This document shows positions 38,985-47,853 of a DNA stretch of 64,000 nt, piece by piece. A program made the translations under genes and the position numbers. The DNA is from Vicinamibacteria bacterium (lineage in GTDB: Bacteria; Acidobacteriota; Vicinamibacteria; Marinacidobacterales; Marinacidobacteraceae): assembly GCA_963555995.3 (NCBI GenBank), contig OY821641.1:3732716-3796715 (forward strand), written 5' to 3'. The notes below the pieces were generated by a model. It made no database searches, was not told the DNA's origin, and worked only from the letters and a program-made list of their open reading frames with translations. How positions within the stretch are numbered: position 1 is the first letter of the stretch; the number at the start of each line of letters is the position of its first letter.

Positions 38985-39292
38985 TCCGGCATACGCAACT
39001 CCGCCCGCCTGCGGCGGGCGTTGCCGACCGGAGGTCGGCGTTCCAAGCGGGGGCGACATCCGGGCTGTTGAACCTCGCGCCGAGGTGGGAGCCGCTTTGT
39101 CCGGGTGGGGTTGGGACGTGCGCGGTGCGGAGCACCGCGCGTGCCGGTCTGGAGACCGGCGTTCCAGGCCGTTGCGACCTGCGGGCTGTTGGACTTTGCG
39201 CCGAGGTGGGAGCCGCCTTTTTGGGGTGGGGTTGTGATGTGCGCGGTGCGGAGCGCCGCGGGTGCCGGTCTGGAGACCGGCGTTCCAGGCCC
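38985..39292 (-). repeat. REP cluster (three hairpin units, two in ~120-bp tandem)
   Basis: Minus-strand GGAACGCCGGTCTCCAGACCGGCAC occurs twice, plus GGAACGCCGACCTCCGGTCGGC. Confidence 0.88.
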
Positions 39293-39799
39293 TCAGTCTT
39301 CGGCTTCGAGTTCGTCGGAGGCGGCTTCGGCGGCGGCGGCCTTGGCGTGGCGCCAGGCGGTGATCTTGTCGGCGACCTCCGGATCGCTGAGCGCGACGAT
39401 CTGGGCCGCGAAGTGGGCGGCGTTCTGGGCGCCGGCCTTGCCGACCGCGACGGTTCCGACCGGGAAACCGGGGGGCATCTGGACGGTGGCGAGCAGGGCG
39501 TCGAGCCCGCTGAGGGACGCCGCCAGCGGCACGCCGATGACCGGCAGGATGGTCCGGGCGGCCATCGCCCCCGCGAGGTGGGCGGCCATCCCGGCCCCCG
39601 CGATGATCGCGACGACGCCGTTGTCGCGCGCGCTCTCGGCGAGCGCGGCGGCGCGGGCGGGCGTGCGGTGGGCCGAGTAGATCCCCATGCGGCAGGGAAC
39701 GCCGAGCGACTGGAGGACCTTCTTGGCCTCCCGCATGACGTCGGTGTCGGAGGGGCTGCCCATCACGATGAGGACTTTGGGGTTGCCGGTGGAACTCAT
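39293..39799 (-). CDS. purE: N5-CAIR mutase PurE
   Basis: [21 protein letters not shown] and [11 protein letters not shown]. Confidence 0.96.
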   Translation of the reverse strand: MSSTGNPKVLIVMGSPSDTDVMREAKKVLQSLGVPCRMGIYSAHRTPARAAALAESARDNGVVAIIAGAGMAAHLAGAMAARTILPVIGVPLAASLSGLDALLATVQMPPGFPVGTVAVGKAGAQNAAHFAAQIVALSDPEVADKITAWRHAKAAAAEAASDELEAED

Positions 39800-39807
39800 G
39801 TTGTCTC

Positions 39808-41076
39808 CTAGATTGCGGTGACGGCGATATCCGTACGGAACGCCTTTTTCTCCCAGGTAATCGAATCGGCGCACCGGTAGGCCGCGCTCCGCGCGCCCGC
39901 CCAGTCGGCGCCGAGTCCGGTGACGGCGATCACGCGGCCTCCGGCGGTCTCGATCCCGTCCTCGCCGGCGCGGGTGCCGGCGTGGAACACGAAGCCGTCG
40001 CCGGTCTCGACCGCGCCCGGCAGACCCCGGATCGGGACACCCTTCCGGTACGCGCCGGGATACCCGTCCGAGGCCAGGATCACGGTGACCGCCCGCTCGG
40101 GCCGGAACCGGACCGCTCCCTCCGGAAGCCGGCCGCTGGCCGCGCCGAAGAACAGCGGCAGCAGGTCGCAGTCGAGCCGCGGCATGAGGGTCTGCGCCTC
40201 CGGATCGCCGAAGCGCACGTTGAACTCGAGGACCTTCGGTCCGGCGGCGGTCAGCATCAGGCCGGCGTAGAGCACGCCCCGGTACTCGCGCCCCTCGGCG
40301 CGGAGTCCGGCGATCGTGGGCTCCACGATCTCGCGGCGTACGCGCTCCATCGTGGCATCGGTATCCCCGAGACCGGGGCTCAGGCTCCCCATGCCGCCGG
40401 TGTTGGGTCCCTCGTCGTTCTCGAAGCGCCGCTTGTAGTCCTGGGCGGTCCCGCAGGCGGCTACCCGGGTTCCGTCGCTGATCGCGAAGACGCTCAACTC
40501 CGGTCCGCTCAGCCGTTCCTCGATGACCACCGCCTTGCCGGCGTCGCCGAGGCCGCCTTCGAGCAATCTCGTTGCGTCCCGTTCGGCCGCGTCGAGATTT
40601 CCCGGCAGGAAGACGCCCTTGCCGGCGGCGAGGCCGCTCGCCTTGATGACCGGCTGCTCGCCGTAGTCCCCGGAGCGAAGGGCTGTCCGCGCCGCCTCCG
40701 CGTTCCGGACCACCGTGTGACGGGCCGTGGGAATCCCGTGTCGGCCCATGAAGTCCTTGGCGAACTCCTTCGAGGCCTCGAGGAGCGCGGCGTCCCGCCG
40801 CGGCCCGAAGCACGGAATGTTCCGCTCGGCGAGCCGGTCGGCCAGGCCCGCGGCGAGGGGCGCCTCCGGGCCGGCGACCACCAGGTCCACCGCCTCGTCG
40901 CCGGCGAGGTCGGCCAATCCGCCCACGTCCTCCGCGCCCACCGGCGCGAGGCGGGCCAGCCGGCCCATCCCGGGGTTCCCGGGCGCCGCGATCAACTCGT
41001 CGAGTTCAGGACTCCGCGAGATCGCCCACGCCAGCGCGTGTTCGCGTCCGCCGCCGCCGACCAGCAGGACCCGCAC
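39808..41076 (-). CDS. purD: Phosphoribosylamine-glycine ligase
   Basis: GGGGREHAL, KASGLAAGKGV, GPNTGGMG and EFNVRFGDPE. Confidence 0.98.
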   Translation of the reverse strand: MRVLLVGGGGREHALAWAISRSPELDELIAAPGNPGMGRLARLAPVGAEDVGGLADLAGDEAVDLVVAGPEAPLAAGLADRLAERNIPCFGPRRDAALLEASKEFAKDFMGRHGIPTARHTVVRNAEAARTALRSGDYGEQPVIKASGLAAGKGVFLPGNLDAAERDATRLLEGGLGDAGKAVVIEERLSGPELSVFAISDGTRVAACGTAQDYKRRFENDEGPNTGGMGSLSPGLGDTDATMERVRREIVEPTIAGLRAEGREYRGVLYAGLMLTAAGPKVLEFNVRFGDPEAQTLMPRLDCDLLPLFFGAASGRLPEGAVRFRPERAVTVILASDGYPGAYRKGVPIRGLPGAVETGDGFVFHAGTRAGEDGIETAGGRVIAVTGLGADWAGARSAAYRCADSITWEKKAFRTDIAVTAI

Positions 41077-41091
41077 GGCCGGCCGAACTGC

Positions 41092-41286
41092 CTACCGGGT
41101 GCGACGCCGACGCTTGCGGGCCCGCTTGCGCGCGGCGGCCCGCTTGGCGCGCAGCTTGTCGCCGGGCTTCACATAGAAGGAATGGCGCTTGATTTCCTTG
41201 ATGATGTCCTCGGCCTGGACCCGCCGCTTGAAGCGGCGGAGGGCCACATCGATCGTTTCGCCTTCCTGGACGACGATTTCCGCCAA
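41092..41286 (-). CDS. rpsU: 30S ribosomal protein S21
   Basis: ETIDVALRRFKR...FYVKP and a basic tail. TTG start with GAGG upstream. Confidence 0.95.
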   Translation of the reverse strand: MAEIVVQEGETIDVALRRFKRRVQAEDIIKEIKRHSFYVKPGDKLRAKRAAARKRARKRRRRTR

Positions 41287-41369
41287 GGGATCCTCAGTTG
41301 TGACTGCCGGTGTGTCTGCTCTATCGAATTGGGAAAACCCGGGCGCTTCCGGCCCGGGGAGAAGCGGGA

Positions 41370-41398
41370 ACGCTAGTCCCCACCGTCCCCCGTGTCAA
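41370..41398 (-). promoter_or_regulatory. Sigma70-type promoter of rpsU-purD-purE
   Basis: TTGACA-17nt-TAGCGT on the minus strand. Confidence 0.7.
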
Positions 41399-41433
41399 GA
41401 TGGCCGAGGATTCCGGAAGGCGCGGGCCAGGGT

Positions 41434-43089
41434 TTACTCGTCCAGCAGGCCGGCGTAGGAGTAGAGCACGGTCGCCACCGACTTCGCGCCGCCGATCATG
41501 CCGTAGACCTCGCCCGCTCCCTCGATCACCCAGAACTCGTTGGCGGCATGGGCGCCGCCGCCGTGGCCGACCGCGCCGCCCACGATGGGCATCGCGAGGT
41601 CGGTTCCGTCCGCGAAGTCTCCGTCGCGGCCGCTGAACAGGTACGCCGGCCAGTAGCCGCCGCCCAGGATGGAATCCTCCGCGACCGGCTCCCGGTAACG
41701 GACGCCGAAGATGGAGAACATCTCCCGCACCGAGTCCGCGAGCGCGTTGTTGTAGTTGCTCTTCGACCAGGGCACGTCGCCGATGATCGTCATCTCGACG
41801 TCCTCGTAGCCCTGCTCGTCGAGGTAGTCGCGGATCTTCTGGACCATCTCGAGCCCATCCATGTTCGGGACGTAGCGCATGTTGTGCTTCGAGGTGACCC
41901 GGTTCGGCAGGATGGCGCCCGCGCCGCCCGGATACATGTTGCCGGACCAGATGCCGTCCATGTTGAAGGAGATCCCGTAGCGGGCGTTCATCAGGTGCTG
42001 GAGCGGATCGTCGGTCATGAAGCGCGCCACCCCGATGTTCTCGGCGGCGATCGCGAGGTCGAGGTTCTCCGCCGAACTGCGGAACATCTCCTCTTCCGCG
42101 GGGGAGAGCGGCGCCGCGCCGTCGTAGAAACCAGGCACCAGCACCCGGTTCCCGTCGTCGGTGATCAGCGAATCAATCATCTTCATGTGCCGCAGCACCG
42201 GGGAATCGGTCGAACGCTTGTGGATGCCGTGGATATTCGACGGGACGGGTCCGCGCCCCCAGCTCTCACCGCTGGTGGTCAGTTCGATGTAGACGCAGCC
42301 CTCGGAGCCGCCGGAGAAGCCCGCCGCCCCGCTCCGCGCCTGGCGTCCGGTGCGGTACATCGCGTCGGCGTGCCGGAAGAGTTCCGGGTTCTCGCGGACG
42401 AACTGGCGCAGGCCGATGGACATCCGCTCCTCGTCGCCCTCGGCGATGAAGATCAGGTTCACCGGCATGGACCCCGTGACCTCGTAGATCGCGTGCATGC
42501 CGTTCCACATCGTCATCTGGGGGCCCTTGGAGTTCGTGGTGCCGCGCCCGATCATCACCTTCTTGAAGGGGCCGAACTCGGTGAACTCGCCGTCGAACGG
42601 CGGGAAGACCCAAGCCTCCGGTTGAGTGATCGGCATGGTGTCGTACATCCAGTAGATGAGGAGGGTCTGTTCCTTGCCGTAGTCGCAGTCGGCGTACACC
42701 ACCGGGTTGCCGGGCTGCCCCCACTCGGTCATCGGCACCTCGTACACCTGCGAGTGCTGGCAGCCGAGCTGGTCGAAGAAGCCCTTCACCATCTGGGCGG
42801 ACTCCGGGATGCCCTCGCCGGAGTTGGAGATGCTCGGCTGCTGGATCCAGCGGCGCAGGTTCATCACGTGCTCGTCGGCGTTGTCGTCAATGTGCTGGAA
42901 CACCCGCTGGAGCTCCTCGGGAACCCGGGACATGTCCGGACTCAGCGTGGTGTCTCCCGCGGGGCGGATGCCGAGGTCCGCGGTGGTCGGGACCGGGTTC
43001 TCTCCCATGTCCGATCCACCGCCGCAGGCGGTCAGCAACAGCCCCGCGAGAAGCAGCGGGAACAGGGCCAGGACTCTCCGGTTGCGCAT
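41434..43089 (-). CDS. M20/M25/M40-family metallopeptidase, lipoprotein
   Basis: Lipobox LTAC, YWMYDTMP, GRGTTNSKG, EGDEE and AHAANE. Confidence 0.88.
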   Translation of the reverse strand: MRNRRVLALFPLLLAGLLLTACGGGSDMGENPVPTTADLGIRPAGDTTLSPDMSRVPEELQRVFQHIDDNADEHVMNLRRWIQQPSISNSGEGIPESAQMVKGFFDQLGCQHSQVYEVPMTEWGQPGNPVVYADCDYGKEQTLLIYWMYDTMPITQPEAWVFPPFDGEFTEFGPFKKVMIGRGTTNSKGPQMTMWNGMHAIYEVTGSMPVNLIFIAEGDEERMSIGLRQFVRENPELFRHADAMYRTGRQARSGAAGFSGGSEGCVYIELTTSGESWGRGPVPSNIHGIHKRSTDSPVLRHMKMIDSLITDDGNRVLVPGFYDGAAPLSPAEEEMFRSSAENLDLAIAAENIGVARFMTDDPLQHLMNARYGISFNMDGIWSGNMYPGGAGAILPNRVTSKHNMRYVPNMDGLEMVQKIRDYLDEQGYEDVEMTIIGDVPWSKSNYNNALADSVREMFSIFGVRYREPVAEDSILGGGYWPAYLFSGRDGDFADGTDLAMPIVGGAVGHGGGAHAANEFWVIEGAGEVYGMIGGAKSVATVLYSYAGLLDE

Positions 43090-43155
43090 CACCTTCGTCT
43101 CCTTCGCCGTCGTCGGGGGCCGACCGGGGAGGTCCCCCGCCGGGACAGCATTCGG

Positions 43156-43185
43156 AACATACGCGCCCGGCTCGGGCACTGTCAA
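43156..43185 (-). promoter_or_regulatory. Sigma70-type promoter of the M20 peptidase
   Basis: TTGACA-18nt-TATGTT on the minus strand. Confidence 0.6.
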
Positions 43186-43193
43186 AGGGTGGG

Positions 43194-43372
43194 CAGCCTG
43201 TGGTGGAACTGGCGTGAGCACCGAGACGCCCGCTGGGCCTCGCTGACAAGGCGCGCGAGGGAGGAATACCGGGCGTATTCCGACCGAAGCGCAACGATGA
43301 GCGAGCCAGAGGCGAGCGGTTCAGGGAGGATTCAGCGGGTGTCGAATGCCGCGTCAGTTCCATCACCGGCTG
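43194..43372. mobile_element. MITE (179 bp), internally shorter relative of 30710-30990
   Basis: Left end CAGCCTGTGGTGGAACTGGCG, shared core GACAAGGCGCG.GAGGGAGGAATACCGGG.GTATTCCGACCGAA, degenerate right end AGTTCCATCACCGGCTG. Confidence 0.82.
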
Positions 43373-44324
43373 CTAACCGTGACGCCCGATTGCGCGCGGC
43401 CCGCGCCGTCAGCCGGGCCAGCCGGATGATGTCGGGGACGCTCGCGCCCCGGGAGAGATCGTTCACCGGGGCCGCGAGCCCCTGGAGGATCGGCCCCGTT
43501 GCGGAGGCCCCGGCGAGGCGCTCGACCAGCTTGTAGGCAATGTTCCCGGCGGCCAGGTCGGGGAAGATGAGCACGTTCGCCCTTCCGGCCACCGGACTCG
43601 CCGGCGCCTTGCTCTCCCCGACGGAAGGGACGAGCGCCGCGTCCGCCTGCATCTCGCCGTCCACGGCCAGCTCGGGCCGGAGTTCCCGCACCCGCCGCGC
43701 CGCCTCCGCCATGCGCCGGGCGTCGGGATGGTCGGCGCTGCCCCGGGTGGAAAACGACAGGAACGCCAGCCGGGGCTCCATGCCGAGCAGGTCGCGCGCC
43801 GTCTCCGCCGACAGGAGCGCGATCTCGACCAGTTCGTCGAGGCCGGGCCGGGGGATCACGGCCCCGTCCGCGAACAGGAGCGGAGCCCGGCCGTCCGGAA
43901 ACTCCATCACGAACGCGCCGGAAACGCGGGAGACTCCGGGCCGGATGCCGACCGCGAGCAGGCCGGCGCGAATCACGTCCGCAGTGGTGGTCGCGGCGCC
44001 CGCCACCGACCCGTGCGCTTCTCCGGCGGCGACGAACAGATTGGCGAACACCAGCGGGTCGCGCGCGGCCTCGAGCGCCTCCGCCCGAGTCATCCCGCGA
44101 GCTTGCCGCTTCGTCCGGAGCAGGTCGGCGGCCCGCTCGAGGGGCGCGCCCTGGGGCTCCACCGTGCGGATGCCTTCCGGAACGCCGGATTGGGGATCGT
44201 CCGTGCCCGCGTCCGGACACCCAACCAGCACCGGCTCCAGTTCCGGGTCGTCGCGAAGCGCCCGAACCGCCTCCAGCACGCGCCGGTCCCCCGACTCCGG
44301 AAATGCGATCCGCGGCCGCCGCAT
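43332..44324 (-). CDS. pta: Phosphate acetyltransferase
   Basis: [40 protein letters not shown] and [13 protein letters not shown]. Confidence 0.93.
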   Translation of the reverse strand: MRRPRIAFPESGDRRVLEAVRALRDDPELEPVLVGCPDAGTDDPQSGVPEGIRTVEPQGAPLERAADLLRTKRQARGMTRAEALEAARDPLVFANLFVAAGEAHGSVAGAATTTADVIRAGLLAVGIRPGVSRVSGAFVMEFPDGRAPLLFADGAVIPRPGLDELVEIALLSAETARDLLGMEPRLAFLSFSTRGSADHPDARRMAEAARRVRELRPELAVDGEMQADAALVPSVGESKAPASPVAGRANVLIFPDLAAGNIAYKLVERLAGASATGPILQGLAAPVNDLSRGASVPDIIRLARLTARAARNRASRLAAGDGTDAAFDTR

Positions 44325-44567
44325 GACTTTCTTCACAGGCTGCTGAGCGTTACGGGATAGGATACCGACCCCCAAGCGGCGCTCGAATTCTCGAGATCCG
44401 GAACCCCGGAAGCGGGGACCTGAAAGGGTCTCGAAGCGGGCGTCAAACCGGTTTCCGCGGCAAGAGCAGACTTCGGCCCGACCACGGCCCCTGCGCGCCC
44501 GCGTGGCGGCGTCCCCAACTCCGGGGACTCGCGGAAACCCAGACATCCCGGGAGAGGGAGGACGCAA

Positions 44568-44903
44568 ATGGAAATAACGGAACGTAGCGTAGGCGGTGTC
44601 ACCGTGCTGGATCTGGACGGAAAGATCCTGCTCGGTGAAGGTGATGAGGTCCTCAGGCACACGGTGCGCAGCCTGATCGCGGGCGGAACCCGCAACCTCT
44701 TGCTGAACCTGGCGGCCGTCCCCCACGTGGACAGCGCCGGGCTCGGCGAGTTGGTCCGCTGCCACACGCGCATGGTGCAGACCGGGGGGAGCGTCAAGCT
44801 GCTCAACCTGACGGCCCGCATGCAAGACCTGCTCTCGATCACGAAGCTGGCCACCGTATTCGAGTCCTTCGAGTCGGAAGACGCCGCAATCGCGAGCTTC
44901 TGA
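44568..44903 (+). CDS. STAS-domain anti-sigma-factor antagonist
   Basis: [20 protein letters not shown] and ITKL. RBS GGAGG. Confidence 0.92.
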   Translation: MEITERSVGGVTVLDLDGKILLGEGDEVLRHTVRSLIAGGTRNLLLNLAAVPHVDSAGLGELVRCHTRMVQTGGSVKLLNLTARMQDLLSITKLATVFESFESEDAAIASF

Positions 44904-45224
44904 GGGAGGCGCGGAAGGCCCTCGCGAGATTGAAGAGACGGGCGATTTTCATCGCCGTTCGTTTCTGAAGCGCGCCTGAAGGGCCTGTCCGCGGCCCGAC
45001 TCTCGCTGCGCGTCGCCTCTTGGGGCGGCGCGCTCGCGGAAGGGCTCGGATTCGGGTGACGGCAAGCCTGCAACGCCAGATCGCTCTCGGGCGGGGTGCG
45101 CCCGAGATTCGTCCCGCCGGCGCCCGCCGGGGGACCCATGGCCGCCGAATCCGCCGATCCCTTCCGCGCCAAACAAGTCCTGTCCCGCGGGGTCCCGCCC
45201 CGCGGGCGGGCGCGAAGGAGAACA

Positions 45225-46025
45225 ATGGCGATTTCCATAGCCAACGAAAAGGCCGCGAAGGGGACATCCCCGAAGGCCTCGTCCACCCCCAAACCGGATG
45301 TCGAGAAGATCATGGCCGACATCCGCCGGGTAGCCCGTGAACGGGCGGAAGAGGGAGCGAAGAGCGAACGCGAGTTCAAGGCGGACGTGAAGAAGCGGAT
45401 GCTGTCCCCGCTCGGTTCGCGCGGTTTCAGCGAGGACTTCGCGGAGCGGATCCGTTCCCGCGACACGTCCCGGTGGAACGTCCGGCTCTCGCAGAAGGCG
45501 TTTCGCGGTTCCCCGTTCGGCCTCGTGCGGATGGTGCGCTGGTTCCTGACGCCGCTCACCCGCCTGCTGGTCAGCTTCCATCCCGCCGTGGAAGCGGCCG
45601 CCCGCCAGGCCGAGATCAACGAGTACCACCGGCGGCTCCTGTGGGCCACGAACCGGGACCTCGAACTGACGCGTCTCGAGGTCAACCTGATCAAGTCGGA
45701 ACTCCGCCGGCTCGGCGTCCACGCCGATTTCTCGTTCAGCTCCGGAGCCGGGAGTTCCGAAGCGACGCCGCGGAGCGGCGGGTCCGGACGCGGACGGTCC
45801 GACAACCGGGGTGGCCGTTCGGACCGGGGCCGTGGCGACCGGCGGCGAAGCGACGGCGGCCGCTCGGACCGGGAGAGCGGCGGCCGCCGGGACCGGCAGG
45901 GATCCGGTCAGGGATCCCGCCAGACGGGGGGAGCGCCGGCCCGTCAGAACTCGCGGCAGGGGTCCCGCCCCGGTCGCGGCGGAGGACGCCGGAGCGGGAA
46001 CGGCGGCGCCTCGGGAGACAAGTGA
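45225..46025 (+). CDS. Hypothetical protein with Arg/Gly/Ser-rich C-terminal tail
   Basis: RBS AAGGAG and ATG at 45225. DVEKIMADIRR motif, helical core and low-complexity basic tail. Confidence 0.7.
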   Translation: MAISIANEKAAKGTSPKASSTPKPDVEKIMADIRRVARERAEEGAKSEREFKADVKKRMLSPLGSRGFSEDFAERIRSRDTSRWNVRLSQKAFRGSPFGLVRMVRWFLTPLTRLLVSFHPAVEAAARQAEINEYHRRLLWATNRDLELTRLEVNLIKSELRRLGVHADFSFSSGAGSSEATPRSGGSGRGRSDNRGGRSDRGRGDRRRSDGGRSDRESGGRRDRQGSGQGSRQTGGAPARQNSRQGSRPGRGGGRRSGNGGASGDK

Positions 46026-46026
46026 G

Positions 46027-47565
46027 GTGCGGCTGGTTTTCGTGACCCCGCGGTTCGGGGCGGGAGACGCCACCCCGCCGGAGCTGCTCGCCGCGGAGTT
46101 GGCCGGCCGGGCGCCCGGCGGCTGGCGGACCACCGTGGTCACCACGACGGCGGCGGGGGAATCGGAAGAGGCGTTCCGGGAAGGAGAGTTCCAGGACCAG
46201 GGCGTCCGGGTCGTCCGTTTCCCGGCCGGGGGGGCTTCCGAGGCGGGACCGGAGAGTCCAGCCGCCGCCGCCGAACCGACTTCGCCGGATCTGCTCCGGT
46301 ACCTTCGGGATCGGTCGGATGACTACGACCTGGTCGTTTTGTTCGGCTCGTCAACGGTCTGTGCGGAAGCCGCGAAGCTGGACCCGGGACGAACGGTCCT
46401 GCTTCCCTTCGCCGACGAGGAGGCGGAAGCCTCCCGAGGTTCGGAGATCTTCCGGCACCCGGCTGCCTTCGTCTTCGGAAGCGAGGCCGAGGAGGTCCTG
46501 GTCCTGAAGCGCTACCAGGTGCACCGCCGCATGCGGGAGACCGTCGCGGGGACGCTGCTGCTGCCGCGCACCGCGGATGCGGCGGCCTTCCGGCGGCGCA
46601 CCGGGTTGACCGGGCCGTACCTGCTGGCCGCCGGACCGCTGGAGCCGGGCCGCGGCATCGAGGAGCTGCTGCGCTTCTTCTCGACGTTCAGGGACCGCCA
46701 TCCGGATACGGCGCTCGAGCTGGTCCTGATCGGGCCGGCGGCGCTCAAGATCCCGAAACGCCCCGACATCCGGGTCGCCAGTCCCGACAGCCCGCGCGAA
46801 CGCCTCGACGCGGTGGGCGGCGCCGTGGTGGCGGTGATCCCCGAGCGCCTCGCCGCCTTCTCGACCACGGCGGCGGAGCCCTTTTCGCTGGGGGTCCCGA
46901 TTCTGGTGAACGCTTCGGCGACGGAACTCGCCGCGGAGTGCCGCGCTTCGGGCGGTGGTCTCTACTACCAGAACTACGACGAGTTCGAGCTCATCCTCGA
47001 ACTCGGCCTGCGGGACCCGTCCCTGTTCCCCCGGATGGGCGCGGCCGGCCGCGAGTTCCTCGAGTCCCGCCACGACTGGGACGCGGTGCTGGCTCGCTAC
47101 GACCGGGCCTTCCGCAGCTTCGCCCGTCCCTCGCGGGGCGCCGCCGTCCCGGCGCCTGCCGTCGAGCCGGCTCCGCCCCTGGAGCAACCGGCCCTCCCGA
47201 GCCCCGCGGAGCCCGCCGAAACGGCGGCTCCGGACGCCGCGGGAGAGGATTCGGCGGAGACGGCGGTCCCGCCGGAGCCGGGCGAGCCGGAGCCCGCCGT
47301 CCCCGAGCCGGAAGCCGCAGCCGAATCTCCGGAAGAGGCAGCCGAGGAAGCCGTTGCCGAACGCGCTCCAGCCGAGGCGTCCGATGAAGTTCCGGAGGTG
47401 GAAGCGGCGGAAACCGGGCCGGAGCCCGAGGCCGTGGAGGAAGCGCCGGCCGCGTCCGGCGACGAGCCGGAGCCTTCCGAACCCGACGGCGCTGGTGAGG
47501 AGGAGGAAGGCGAAACCGGGGACGACTCACTCCCCAGCTTCTTCCGCGGCTCGATCCGCGACTGA
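46027..47565 (+). CDS. Glycosyltransferase family 4-like protein with acidic Pro/Glu/Ala tail
   Basis: VRLVFVTPRFG start, GPLEPGRGIEEL, GVPILVN, SGGGLYY and G..GREF...W. Confidence 0.8.
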   Translation: MRLVFVTPRFGAGDATPPELLAAELAGRAPGGWRTTVVTTTAAGESEEAFREGEFQDQGVRVVRFPAGGASEAGPESPAAAAEPTSPDLLRYLRDRSDDYDLVVLFGSSTVCAEAAKLDPGRTVLLPFADEEAEASRGSEIFRHPAAFVFGSEAEEVLVLKRYQVHRRMRETVAGTLLLPRTADAAAFRRRTGLTGPYLLAAGPLEPGRGIEELLRFFSTFRDRHPDTALELVLIGPAALKIPKRPDIRVASPDSPRERLDAVGGAVVAVIPERLAAFSTTAAEPFSLGVPILVNASATELAAECRASGGGLYYQNYDEFELILELGLRDPSLFPRMGAAGREFLESRHDWDAVLARYDRAFRSFARPSRGAAVPAPAVEPAPPLEQPALPSPAEPAETAAPDAAGEDSAETAVPPEPGEPEPAVPEPEAAAESPEEAAEEAVAERAPAEASDEVPEVEAAETGPEPEAVEEAPAASGDEPEPSEPDGAGEEEEGETGDDSLPSFFRGSIRD

Positions 47566-47574
47566 TCCCCTACA

Positions 47575-47853
47575 GCCTGGACCGCCGGCTGGGAGCGCCG
47601 GTCTTCAGACCGGCACGCGCTGCGCGATAGCGCAGCGCACGGCACGGCGCTGATCGGCCCGGTGGCGCTCCGCTCCCGGTTCATCACCGCGAACGGCGAC
47701 ACGACATCCGCGGGCCTGCGGCCCGCTGTGCCGCTCCGAAGAGCGGCGCTCCCAGCCGTTCCCGCCTTTCATGCCCGGCGGGGTGTGCAGGAGGACCGAC
47801 CATGAGGATTTCGCGCTCGCGCGCGATGCCAGCCGGAGGCTGGCGCTCCGAAG
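47575..47853. repeat. REP cluster with inverted copies between convergent genes
   Basis: Plus-strand GGAGCGCCGGTCTTCAGACCGGCAC. Minus-strand GGAGCGCCGCTCTTCGGAGCGGCAC and GGAGCGCCAGCCTCCGGCTGGC. Confidence 0.8.

Noticed and set aside
38750-38990. Cobalamin or TPP riboswitch upstream of the TonB receptor
   Set aside because: No B12-box or TPP consensus was recognised. The region is better explained as an ATPase relic plus REPs.
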